DNA of 63,841 nucleotides, taken from contig CAZNQG010000002.1 in the NCBI GenBank assembly GCA_964575235.1, forward strand, positions 1-63,841. Reading direction: 5' to 3'. Within the stretch, counting starts at the first letter, position 1. Each line of letters begins with the position of its first letter. The notes under the pieces were generated by a model. It worked only from the letters and a program-made list of their open reading frames with translations. It was not told the origin of the DNA and did not search any database. Of this stretch, positions 16,703 through 26,171 are shown piece by piece. The translations under genes were made by a program, and so were the position numbers. The DNA is from an uncultured Bacteroides sp. (GTDB taxonomy: Bacteria; Bacteroidota; Bacteroidia; Bacteroidales; SM23-62).

Positions 16703-19369
16703 TTAGCGGTTGATCCAGACCGCGGACCTGACCTCCTCCTCTTCTCCCTCTGCGAACAAGCGGTTCTGGCGGGCAAAATACGGGATGGCCAGGAAGGAGG
16801 TCCCGTCCCCCCAGGTACCTTTGAGGATTACCATGCCTCCCAGCAGGTCGGGATCCCATTCGGCCGACAGGGTGCCTGAGCCGAGCGATTTATCAATGTC
16901 CTGATCAACGCTTTCAACAGCATAGATCAGCGGTCCGTACCGGAGGGCTACCTTGCCGCGGTCGTCTTCTATTCTTTCATCGGCTGTGATGATCTGGACC
17001 TCCATGGGCAATTCGAATTCGATGCGGTCTCCTGCCTCCCAGGTGCGGGTGACAGGCAGGTACCCGAGCTCCGGTTCGCTATCCAGCACTTCCCCGTTGA
17101 CTGCCAAGCTTTTAAGTCCCATAACCTGCGGTTCCGGTGTATACAGTGCACTCGTGGTCCGGTCGGGTACACGAATATAGACGGTAAACTCCTTTGCCTC
17201 CTCGGGATGGACGGTGATGGAAACCCTGCCATCCCATGGATAGTCCGTATCCTGTACCATAACCACATTCGTGCCGGCCACGTTTTCCACCCTGATGGTA
17301 CTCCCGATGAAGAGGTTCACGAAGATACCGTCAGGGCTCTTCACGTAAGTCCAGGTCGGTATCATAAGCAGGGTCCTGGGTATGTTCCCCACGCAGCAGG
17401 GACATACATGCCAGGGATAACGGGGAAAATTGGTTATCAATGGATTGGTATAATAGAAATTCTTTCCCTGATAATCAAGCGAACCCAGCAGGGCATTGTA
17501 CATGGTCTCCTCGTACAGGTCGGCGTATTTCGCGTCGCGGTAGGCCAGGTTCATCTTGTACTGGAAGAAAATGAGTCCGCAGCTCGAACAGGACTCGCAA
17601 TAGGCCCGGTTCCAGAGCGAGTAATCCGGGCCGAAACCTTCTGCGGTTTCCCCGCTTCCTATTCCTCCCGTCACATAATATTTCTTGTTGACTATGTTGT
17701 CCCAAAGCGACAGGACCGCACTCCGGTAATCCACATCCCCCGTTTCAGCCGCGACGTCCGCCATGCCCGAGTAGCAGTAGGCTGCCCGTACGGCATGTCC
17801 GACCGCTTCATATTGTTGCTGGACGGGTAAATGGCTCTGGTCGTATTCGCTTCCGCCCCCACGGTTGTCCAGGAGAAATTTGGCCAGTTCTATGTAGCTG
17901 TCTCCCCGGCCGCCCCCTTCCATGTTATTCACAAAACGGCCGAAGCGCACCAGGGCCTGTTCCATCTCCTCGTGTCCGTCGTACCAGGCTTTTTTGCCCG
18001 GACCGATATTGTCGACCCAGCAGTCGGCAAGCTTCTTGGCTGCATCGTACAGCCGGGTATCCCGGCCCCCGGTCAGGGTATAGTGGTTGATGGCCGACTC
18101 GAGGAAATATCCGGCCACATAGCCCTCATGGGTGCCGCGGTTATCCGGCGACCAGCGTTCTTTCCACAGGCTGGTGTCGCGCAAAGTGTAAGCCGTCTGC
18201 AGGTAACCGTCGGGCTCCTGGGCAGCCAGGATCCTGGGTATCCAGTCCTCCAGGGTCTTTTCCATTTTCTCCTGTGCGGCAATGATCCCGGCATCCCCCT
18301 GGGGGTCAACCATCAGTGCAATGCACATGGACTCAACCGTCTGGTGCACCCAGGCATTCGAGAACACGTATCCAAGGTGCGGTCCATGGGGCTCTCCGCG
18401 CAAAGCTTTGCCCGCTTCGATAAAATTGTCAATACCCCCCTGTCCCCTTTCCAGATCCGTTCGGTTGATCTGGTCGATGCAGTGGGGGATCCAGTTCACG
18501 ATGATCGTTTTTGCCCTTTGGTTCCAGAGCGGGTTGTCGATCTTGTAAGGCTTGGTATAGACCACGTCGAGGCGTTCCTTGTCCGGGGGATTGAGGACCC
18601 GGACCTTCAGCGAGGAACCGGCACTTTTCTTCCCTTCGGCAGCCGTTAGTGTCAGCGTGTATTCGCCGGTCCCGGAGAATTCTGCTGTAGTCTCGATCGA
18701 GCGTGCATCTTCGAATGTGACGCTTCCCGGACCGGACTGCTTGCTCCATTTTGTTTTATCGAACGAACCGACGGTCCTTACGTTGCCTGCCAGGTAGGTT
18801 TTCCCGCCCAGCATCAGGTCCCGGTCGGGACCGGCGGTCACCACGGGCGGGTGGTCGGGCGAACCTTCGGCCTGGTAGACTTTCCATTCCAGCACATTGG
18901 CCATCAGGAACACGGCTGAATCCACTTCCAGGCGAAGCCGGCTGGTTTCCACCTTATCGAAACCGACCCGGTTGTACTTGTTGTTCTCCGGTGTCCGGGA
19001 GGTTGGATTCCGGACGGGGACAAATCCATCGCCGTCCCAGTACAGGAGACGGAAAGTGACCGGCAGGGGCAGGCGCCCGTAATAATCCCAGAAATAAATG
19101 TCCGCCTCGGCGGTCTGCACCGGTTCGACCCAGTCGTACTGGATCCACTGGTCCGGCCACCATTTTAAGTCCCTTCTTCTCCACGGCAGGGAATCGGCCG
19201 GTGTCTCCCCGTCATTCAGTCCCCGGATCCACGGACCCCATCTGACCGATCCGGAGGGATGGGCCACATTGGCGAGGTTCCTTTCGCCTTCTTCGGAAGC
19301 CTTTTGCCGGCAGGAACCGGATATAAGAAACACCGCCAGGAAGACCATCAAGAATTGGATTGTTCTCAT
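16703..19369 (-). CDS. GH127-type (DUF1680, beta-L-arabinofuranosidase-like) enzyme with N-terminal discoidin-like and Ig/PKD-like domains
   Basis: YCESCSSCGL and HVCPCCVGNIPRTL match the Glu/Cys zinc and catalytic Cys motifs of GH127. The start is set at MRTIQFLMVFLAVFLISGSC (lipoprotein-like), because the longer ORF would overlap the sulfatase gene. Confidence 0.85.
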   Translation of the reverse strand: MRTIQFLMVFLAVFLISGSCRQKASEEGERNLANVAHPSGSVRWGPWIRGLNDGETPADSLPWRRRDLKWWPDQWIQYDWVEPVQTAEADIYFWDYYGRLPLPVTFRLLYWDGDGFVPVRNPTSRTPENNKYNRVGFDKVETSRLRLEVDSAVFLMANVLEWKVYQAEGSPDHPPVVTAGPDRDLMLGGKTYLAGNVRTVGSFDKTKWSKQSGPGSVTFEDARSIETTAEFSGTGEYTLTLTAAEGKKSAGSSLKVRVLNPPDKERLDVVYTKPYKIDNPLWNQRAKTIIVNWIPHCIDQINRTDLERGQGGIDNFIEAGKALRGEPHGPHLGYVFSNAWVHQTVESMCIALMVDPQGDAGIIAAQEKMEKTLEDWIPRILAAQEPDGYLQTAYTLRDTSLWKERWSPDNRGTHEGYVAGYFLESAINHYTLTGGRDTRLYDAAKKLADCWVDNIGPGKKAWYDGHEEMEQALVRFGRFVNNMEGGGRGDSYIELAKFLLDNRGGGSEYDQSHLPVQQQYEAVGHAVRAAYCYSGMADVAAETGDVDYRSAVLSLWDNIVNKKYYVTGGIGSGETAEGFGPDYSLWNRAYCESCSSCGLIFFQYKMNLAYRDAKYADLYEETMYNALLGSLDYQGKNFYYTNPLITNFPRYPWHVCPCCVGNIPRTLLMIPTWTYVKSPDGIFVNLFIGSTIRVENVAGTNVVMVQDTDYPWDGRVSITVHPEEAKEFTVYIRVPDRTTSALYTPEPQVMGLKSLAVNGEVLDSEPELGYLPVTRTWEAGDRIEFELPMEVQIITADERIEDDRGKVALRYGPLIYAVESVDQDIDKSLGSGTLSAEWDPDLLGGMVILKGTWGDGTSFLAIPYFARQNRLFAEGEEEEVRSAVWINR

Positions 19370-19388
19370 AACAGATCGTATTTTATGG

Positions 19389-21005
19389 TTACTGAGTTGG
19401 CTTTGGCAATACCCTGGCCCTCCATGCCCATTTTTCCCATTTCCCGGCAAGTTCTTCGGTCTTCCCAGGCATTACGGGGGCCAGGTCGTTTGTTTCCGTC
19501 CGGTCCGCATTCAGATCGTAAAGCTGCCATGGACGCCTGCCGTACCGGACGGCTTTAATGCCTTCACCGTCGATGATGCTCCCCCGCCCGATGTGTTCCA
19601 CGCAATAGGCATCCCGGATGAGTGGTTCATCCGACCGGATGCATCCGACCAGGCTCATCCCCTCCATGGGCAGGATGCTGTCTCCCCTGAACACTTCAGG
19701 ATAACCGGCACCGGCGGCTTCGACAAGAGTCGGCATGATATCAATGATCCCGGCCATCTGCTTCCGGTACATGCCCTTATCCGGTATCCTGCCCGGCCAC
19801 CGGACGATCATCGGTGTTGATATCCCTCCTTCCCGGGTGCCGCTCTTGTAACCGCTGAAGGGGGTATTGCTGTACCGGGCCCATCCCATTCCGTAGCTGC
19901 AGTAGGTGTCCGGGGGACCCGGATCGCGCCGGCCGTCGTTCGAGTAATCGATGACCTTGCCATCCCGGGTCACTTTCGGACCAAACCTCGTTGCCCATGG
20001 GTTTTCAAGGGTCCATGCCTCCTGGCAGCCCCCGTTATCGGAAAGGAACAGGATCAGGGTATTGTCCATCTGCCCGGATTGTTCAAGAAAATCGAGTATC
20101 CGGCCTATTCCCTGGTCCATGCAATCCACCATTGCGGCAAAGACCTCCATCCGCCTGAGCTCCCACTGCTTGTTTTCCACCGAATCCCACAAGGGCACCC
20201 GCGGGTCCCTCATGAACATTTCCCAGTCCGGATCCACCAGTTCCAAAGACTTCATCCGTTCAACCTTTTTTTCACGCAGCCGGTCCCATCCCTCGTCAAA
20301 CCTGCCCCTGTATTTTTCAATATCCCCGGGTTTGGCATGCATGGGCCAGTGCGGTGCCGTATAGGCTACGTACATGAAAAACGGCTTTTGCGGGTTTTCA
20401 CGCATATGGTCTTCAAGAAAATGGATTGTGGTATCCGAGATGGCATCGGTATAGTAGAAATCGTCCGGGGATCCTGAGCTTGTATCGTTATCCCTGACCA
20501 GCAGCCTCGGATCGAAATAGCTTCCGGCCCCGTAAATGGTCCCGAAATACCGTTCAAATCCTCTTTGAAGGGGCCAGTTGTGTTTGTCACTGCCATCCCA
20601 TGACCTGGCCACATGCCATTTGCCGGCCATATAGGTACTGTATCCGGCTGTTCCCAGTACTTCGGCCAGGGTAACGCAACGGTTGTTCAGATCACCCTGG
20701 TAGCCTTCCGCATCCGTGGCCGGTCCGACCATGGCCCCCATTCCCGCCTGGTGCGGATGAAGTCCCGTAAGCAGGCTTGCCCGGCTCGGACAGCACCTGG
20801 CCGTGTTATAGAACCGGGTGAACCTGATCCCGTTTTCCGCAAGCCGGTCAAGGTTGGGGGTTTCGATATCGCCCCCGTAACAGCCGATATCGGAATAGCC
20901 CAGATCATCCGCAAGGATGACCAGGATGTTGGGCCGGTCCGTTCCCGGCCGCCGGCAGGAAAAACTGCAAACAAGGAGAAATATGAATAAAGAATGTATT
21001 TTCAT
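19389..21005 (-). CDS. S1-family arylsulfatase (Cys-type formylglycine motif)
   Basis: A signal peptide is followed by PNILVILADDLGYSD and CCPSRASLLTG (CxPxR). Confidence 0.9.
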   Translation of the reverse strand: MKIHSLFIFLLVCSFSCRRPGTDRPNILVILADDLGYSDIGCYGGDIETPNLDRLAENGIRFTRFYNTARCCPSRASLLTGLHPHQAGMGAMVGPATDAEGYQGDLNNRCVTLAEVLGTAGYSTYMAGKWHVARSWDGSDKHNWPLQRGFERYFGTIYGAGSYFDPRLLVRDNDTSSGSPDDFYYTDAISDTTIHFLEDHMRENPQKPFFMYVAYTAPHWPMHAKPGDIEKYRGRFDEGWDRLREKKVERMKSLELVDPDWEMFMRDPRVPLWDSVENKQWELRRMEVFAAMVDCMDQGIGRILDFLEQSGQMDNTLILFLSDNGGCQEAWTLENPWATRFGPKVTRDGKVIDYSNDGRRDPGPPDTYCSYGMGWARYSNTPFSGYKSGTREGGISTPMIVRWPGRIPDKGMYRKQMAGIIDIMPTLVEAAGAGYPEVFRGDSILPMEGMSLVGCIRSDEPLIRDAYCVEHIGRGSIIDGEGIKAVRYGRRPWQLYDLNADRTETNDLAPVMPGKTEELAGKWEKWAWRARVLPKPTQ

Positions 21006-21171
21006 CGGATGCTCTCACTAACTCGTAATGTTCGATTGCAATCCCGGCCTATCCTCGGTTGATCATGTAAGGCTGAGGCAAAGATTCACCCTTCGCCCCG
21101 GGTACCTGGGACTACGGAGGGCAGTGTGAGAGTGAGTTGGAATTGCAGTATTATCATGATTCGCGATGATA

Positions 21172-21211
21172 AATGCATAAAAAAAGAAAAGCGTGGATCC
21201 GCAAATCCACG
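21172..21211 (-). terminator. intrinsic terminator downstream of the SusD-like gene
   Basis: Perfect 8-bp stem GCGTGGAT-CCGCAA-ATCCACGC (21190-21211). On the minus strand it is followed by TTTTCTTTTTTTAT. Confidence 0.65.
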
Positions 21212-21251
21212 CCATTCAAACTACTATTTCTTTACCATTTATGACAAATCT

Positions 21252-22685
21252 CTATTTATTATCCCACCATACCTTTGTTGTAAGCGGATTGAAGGTATTA
21301 TCAGGGCAGTTTGAATTTCTCTCAGCCTCATCCGTGGGATACGGCCATCTTCTGGGTGTTGTTTCATCACTGGCTGCCCCCACGTTATTATCCAGGAAAG
21401 GAAAGTCCGGATATCCGGTGCGGATATAATCAAACAACATTTCAAAATTTGTTATGAAATTAGCCACGTATTTCTGCATTATGATAAAGGCTTGTGCATC
21501 CTCGGTATTTGTCGGGAATGTAAACTGCCCGATGTAACTGGCTATCGCCGCGGAATCGATGCCCAAGGCTCCCATATCGGCAGTAACGGCTCCTTCCCAG
21601 GCACTTTCAGCATTCGTAAAATCACTTTTCAGGGCATATGCTTCCGCTTCCAGCATTTTGCACTCCACATAATTCATAAATGTCTCCGGATAAGTAGGCC
21701 CGCAGTAATCATTTGAAACATAACTCGGATAATCGTCACCAAGTATATAGGTACCCGATACCCAACCCTGGAATTGTCCTGTTTCCTCTCTGTCAAAATA
21801 GATTTCAAGGCGGGGATCATTGGTGGCATTCATTGTATCCACCATGAAAACGGAGGACGTCAGACGCTGTACATCGGTCCAGTTAGGCCCGTGCTCATAA
21901 TACCCGCTCTGGAAACCCGTCCCCGCATAATGACGGAAGAGGGCATCGTCGTCGTTTGAAGCCATGCCGTTGCCCAACGCTGCCAGTACGGCATCGGCCT
22001 GAGCCGTTGTGGTGTGATTCGGAGCATAGGATAAACGCATCTCATAGCGGGCTTTAAGTGAATAAGCCAGTTTAATCCATTTGCTGATATCTCCTTCATA
22101 TACAAGGTCATCACTCCTCACAGCCAGGTTCTGATCCTGTGTGCTGCTGAGATTCGTGATCGCATCATCCAACAGATTGAAAACCTCGGCATAGACCGTT
22201 TCCTGGCTCTCGAACGAGGGATTCATGATTTCCGGGAACATAAAAGCTTCATTGAGAGGGATGGGGCCGTAATGGTCCGTAAGCGTAGCCCATCCCCAGG
22301 CAAGCATCACCTCTGCAATACCTTTATAATGAGAATTCCCGTTTTCCTCAGCCTGGATCATAAGTTTATTGGCATGTTTCTGTAAACCGGTATAGAGATT
22401 CCAGGGATCGCCGGCATTGGAAGGAGTCAGGTAGTTTCCCCATACTCCGGTAGGTTGTGCCCCGACACGCACCCATTGAATGGTCATGTACATGGCATCG
22501 ATCGTACGGCTGCATACACCGTTGTATGCCCACCGGCCCAACAAGCCCGGCAGTGTGGTAGCTTCAGTTATCTCATCTGAGGCGGGACTGTCCGGATCTT
22601 CATTTACATTCAGAAAATCCTCACAGGAACTGAACATAAAACTAAATCCAGCCAGGATCAGAAAATATTTAATTAATTTTTTCAT
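21252..22685 (-). CDS. SusD/RagB-family nutrient-binding outer-membrane lipoprotein
   Basis: MKKLIKYFLILAGFSFMFSSCEDFLNVNEDPDSP has a lipobox and a typical SusD N-terminus. The gene lies immediately downstream of the SusC-like gene. Confidence 0.9.
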   Translation of the reverse strand: MKKLIKYFLILAGFSFMFSSCEDFLNVNEDPDSPASDEITEATTLPGLLGRWAYNGVCSRTIDAMYMTIQWVRVGAQPTGVWGNYLTPSNAGDPWNLYTGLQKHANKLMIQAEENGNSHYKGIAEVMLAWGWATLTDHYGPIPLNEAFMFPEIMNPSFESQETVYAEVFNLLDDAITNLSSTQDQNLAVRSDDLVYEGDISKWIKLAYSLKARYEMRLSYAPNHTTTAQADAVLAALGNGMASNDDDALFRHYAGTGFQSGYYEHGPNWTDVQRLTSSVFMVDTMNATNDPRLEIYFDREETGQFQGWVSGTYILGDDYPSYVSNDYCGPTYPETFMNYVECKMLEAEAYALKSDFTNAESAWEGAVTADMGALGIDSAAIASYIGQFTFPTNTEDAQAFIIMQKYVANFITNFEMLFDYIRTGYPDFPFLDNNVGAASDETTPRRWPYPTDEAERNSNCPDNTFNPLTTKVWWDNK

Positions 22686-22713
22686 TTTTCTTGATTTTGT
22701 ATTCAGATCAATA

Positions 22714-25700
22714 TTATTTAAATGTAACTGAAACGCCCAGGGTATACGATTTTGTAGCAGGCATCATATATGTATACCAGCCCTGTGCGTTGGTGGTACC
22801 CAACTGGTTGACTTCCGGATCGGGACCCGAGAAGTCCTTATCGAATATTCGCAACAGGTTGCGTCCCTGTGCCGTAAGGCTTACATCCTGAATCCAGCTA
22901 ACTTTTGAAACGAGGCTCTCTGGAAGCTTGTAAGTAAGGGCTACCTCCCTGAGCTTCAGATAATCAGCAGGCTGGATGCTTTCTTCCGTTACATAACTGT
23001 AGTACCACTGCCAGCCTCTCACAACTTGTGACTGGATGGTATTCGGTGAATTGTTAATGACAAGGTTATTACCGGCATCGTAATGGCCCATCACACCCTC
23101 ATGTACAAGGATACCGTTTTCCGGCCGGTCTTCCTGGCGTTTCGCCATCCCGTAATAGAGAAGGTAATAATCCGTACCGCTGCTGATAACAGAACCGACC
23201 CTGAAGTCAAAGAAAGCACTCAGGGACAGGTTCTTGTAAGTAAATGTATTCCTCATCCCTCCTGCATAGTCCGGCTCATTGGTTCCAATTATATTATCGC
23301 CGTAGTCGATAAGATAGTAACCGTATCTCGGATCGGCAGGATCATCGCATACAACCCTGTTTCCGTTTCCGTCCGTGACATAGGTAGAGCCCCTGAAAAG
23401 TGCATAAGGTTCACCCTCGACAATCGATGAATTACCTCCAAGATCAATTGAAGGAACACCATCGGCTATTTTATCAACATTACTGCGATTCCTGTACCAG
23501 TTGAATGCAACATCCCATTTGAAACTGGATAGCTGAACCGGAGTACCATGGAGACTGAGTTCTATTCCCTTGTTGGATATTTTACCGACATTCAGAAGAA
23601 CCGAACTGTATCCCGTGGTAATTGGCGTATTTGCAGGCAGGATCTGGTTCTTGCTCACTTTATTGTAATAGGCAACTTCAAATCCGAACCTGTTTTTGAA
23701 GAAGCGCATATCCAGCCCGATCTCCGTTTCGGTAGTTTCCTCATTTTTAAGTTCAGGGTTGCCGGCATCCGTACCTTCCAGGTAACTGCCTACCCCGTTA
23801 TAGGGAAACTGCATTGTGGGTATACCGGCGCCGCCATATGCATCTGCTACGTACGAGCGTGTAAATATTGAATATGCCGGAGCATCATTACCCACGGTTG
23901 CATATGAAAACCTTAATTTACCAAAGTCCATTAGATTCAAATCGATCAGCTCCGAGAAAATAAAACTCAGACTGTTCGAGGAATAGAAATATGAATTGTT
24001 TTCTTCAGGGAGTGTGGAAGACCAGTCATTCCGTCCTGTAAATGTATAATACAGAAAATCACGATATGAAAGAACAGCCTGACCGTATCCGCTGTAAGAC
24101 CGTTTATTCCAAATATTGCTCCATGGTGTTTGTGTTGAGCAATTGGAGATATTATACCATTCGGGAACATTGTAGTCGGCACCGTTTATTCCCGCAGACA
24201 TCCTGCGATACGTCTGAATATTATGCCCTAACATAAAGTCGGTTTTAAGGTCACCCCCAAACCATTCTTTCCGGTAGGTAAGAATTACATCGGAATTAAA
24301 CCCTAAAAATTCTTCAGTGCTCTGGTTATAACTTCCGGTTGTGGAACCATAAGCGATGGATCCGAGATTAACGAAGTCATAAAAACTCTGGTTGTAGAAA
24401 TCAACCCCGGCCCTGCCGGTCAGAACGAGTCCTTCGACTATATTGTAATCAAGGGTGAAAACCGGTTTAAACCGGTTGCGTTCAACATTATTCCCGGAGT
24501 AATCCTCGATCCATAGGTAATTGTTCCTGCCGGCATATCTGAAAATCCTTTGCCTTCCATCCGCATCAAAAATCGGCTCGGGATTCCATGTCCACGGGCT
24601 GGCCAGGAAAGAGTTCATGAACGATGATAAAGAACTCCAGCCCTCCAACAGACGATCGTTGACGGTACGGGTATAATTCAGGTTTACGTTGGCAGTTATC
24701 TTTCTGTTTACCTTTGCAGTAAGGTTTGTATTGAACGATGTGCGATTCAGCTTGATGGGATCGAGAACACCCTGCTGACCCGTATAATTAACGGACCCGA
24801 AATAGCTTATTACATCGCTGCCGCCTGAAATGCTGAAGTTGGATTCGGATGTATAACCTGTTTTGAAATATTCCCAGCGATCGTATTTAGTTGCCTCTCC
24901 CGAGGCTACCAGGTCATCAATCTTCGGTCCCCAGCTCGAGGAAGTGTATTCGCCTTTCTCGGTGTCATAGTAAACATAACCTCCTTCGGTTTCATCGTAC
25001 AGACCCATAGCCCACGTTTCCTGCAAGGGTGTTTCATAGATTTTATCAAAAGAAGACCGATGCGATATTCTTATCGTAGGCGTCTGGTTGAACTTACCGC
25101 TTTTCGTGGTAACAATGATTACACCGTTGGCTGCCCTTGAACCATAAAGTGCAGAAGCGGCAGCTCCCTTAAGGATCGAGATCGATTCAATATTGCTTGG
25201 ATCGAGGTCGAGTCCCGTTGTAGTACCGGGGCTATAGCCGTCTACAGATCCGGTTTCCGTGTTTTCAAAAGGAATACCATCGACAACGAACAACGGTTCA
25301 TTGTTATAAAGAAGCGATGAATTGCCCCTTATGGTAATCCTGGAAGCACCGCCGGCCTGCGTTGAAGAGGTTGAGATCTGCACCCCGGCGACTTTCCCCG
25401 ATAAGGCGGTAATAACATTATTCTCCTGTGAGGTTTGCAGTTCATCGCCTCCAACCTCACCGACGGAGTATCCCAAGGCTTTGCGCTCCCTTCGGATACC
25501 CAGGGCCGTCACAAGTACTTCTTCAAGTTCCTCAATTGACGGTGTTAAAACAACATCAAGGCTTGATCTTCCGTTTAGGGGTATTTCCTGTCTTTCATAC
25601 CCTACATAACTGAATACAAGCGTAACATTCAAATCAGATACAGTTATGGCATACTGCCCGTTTGCATCTGTGATTGCACCCTGTGTTGTCCCTTTAACAA

Positions 25701-25848
25701 CAACGGATACATACGGAACTGGTCCCCCGCCTTCCTCGGCAGTTGTTACCGTACCCCTAACTTCTGTTTGTGCCATAATGACACCTCCGAGGAAAAGAGG
25801 TACCAGCATTGAAACCAATTGTTTTGAAATCCGATTTTTTAAATTCAT
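22714..25848 (-). CDS. SusC/RagA-family TonB-dependent outer-membrane transporter
   Basis: 1044 aa. It has a carboxypeptidase-regulatory-like N-domain (VRGTVTTAEEGG.PVPYVSVVVKGT), a plug (ITIRGNSSL), and a C-terminal beta-barrel ending in F-K. Confidence 0.9.
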   Translation of the reverse strand: MNLKNRISKQLVSMLVPLFLGGVIMAQTEVRGTVTTAEEGGGPVPYVSVVVKGTTQGAITDANGQYAITVSDLNVTLVFSYVGYERQEIPLNGRSSLDVVLTPSIEELEEVLVTALGIRRERKALGYSVGEVGGDELQTSQENNVITALSGKVAGVQISTSSTQAGGASRITIRGNSSLLYNNEPLFVVDGIPFENTETGSVDGYSPGTTTGLDLDPSNIESISILKGAAASALYGSRAANGVIIVTTKSGKFNQTPTIRISHRSSFDKIYETPLQETWAMGLYDETEGGYVYYDTEKGEYTSSSWGPKIDDLVASGEATKYDRWEYFKTGYTSESNFSISGGSDVISYFGSVNYTGQQGVLDPIKLNRTSFNTNLTAKVNRKITANVNLNYTRTVNDRLLEGWSSLSSFMNSFLASPWTWNPEPIFDADGRQRIFRYAGRNNYLWIEDYSGNNVERNRFKPVFTLDYNIVEGLVLTGRAGVDFYNQSFYDFVNLGSIAYGSTTGSYNQSTEEFLGFNSDVILTYRKEWFGGDLKTDFMLGHNIQTYRRMSAGINGADYNVPEWYNISNCSTQTPWSNIWNKRSYSGYGQAVLSYRDFLYYTFTGRNDWSSTLPEENNSYFYSSNSLSFIFSELIDLNLMDFGKLRFSYATVGNDAPAYSIFTRSYVADAYGGAGIPTMQFPYNGVGSYLEGTDAGNPELKNEETTETEIGLDMRFFKNRFGFEVAYYNKVSKNQILPANTPITTGYSSVLLNVGKISNKGIELSLHGTPVQLSSFKWDVAFNWYRNRSNVDKIADGVPSIDLGGNSSIVEGEPYALFRGSTYVTDGNGNRVVCDDPADPRYGYYLIDYGDNIIGTNEPDYAGGMRNTFTYKNLSLSAFFDFRVGSVISSGTDYYLLYYGMAKRQEDRPENGILVHEGVMGHYDAGNNLVINNSPNTIQSQVVRGWQWYYSYVTEESIQPADYLKLREVALTYKLPESLVSKVSWIQDVSLTAQGRNLLRIFDKDFSGPDPEVNQLGTTNAQGWYTYMMPATKSYTLGVSVTFK

Positions 25849-26171
25849 GGTTAAGTTATTTAGTGATCAAAAGTCGTTTAGTTCGGCTAGTTCGGATCAA
25901 GTATATGTACTCCAGTTTGAATTTCAAAAGTTAAGGCAAGAATAGTATTCCCGGTATTGCAATAATATTCTTATAGTTGCAGACAGAGGTCATCATCTGT
26001 AATTCCATGTCATTTATATGGAAAATTTGATCATTTCCGCTATAAGTCCCCGGTCCGGGATCCTATTGACCGCCCGCCGGCAGCCAGACCCGCATCGGGA
26101 TGCTGCACGTGATGGCAGGAGACCATCGGGAGCAGAATGACAAAACCGGTTGATGCTGATTTAAGCATCGC

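Noticed and set aside
19370-19450. N-terminal extensions of the longest ORFs: 19370-19450 on GH127, 28533-28589 on the GH127-like gene, 41420-41539 on the unknown PUL protein, and 11887-12108 on the YggS relic ORF.
   Set aside because: The extensions overlap the neighbouring gene or the DUF134 start and lack signal-peptide character. Internal Met codons give proper lipoprotein or signal peptides, so downstream starts were preferred.
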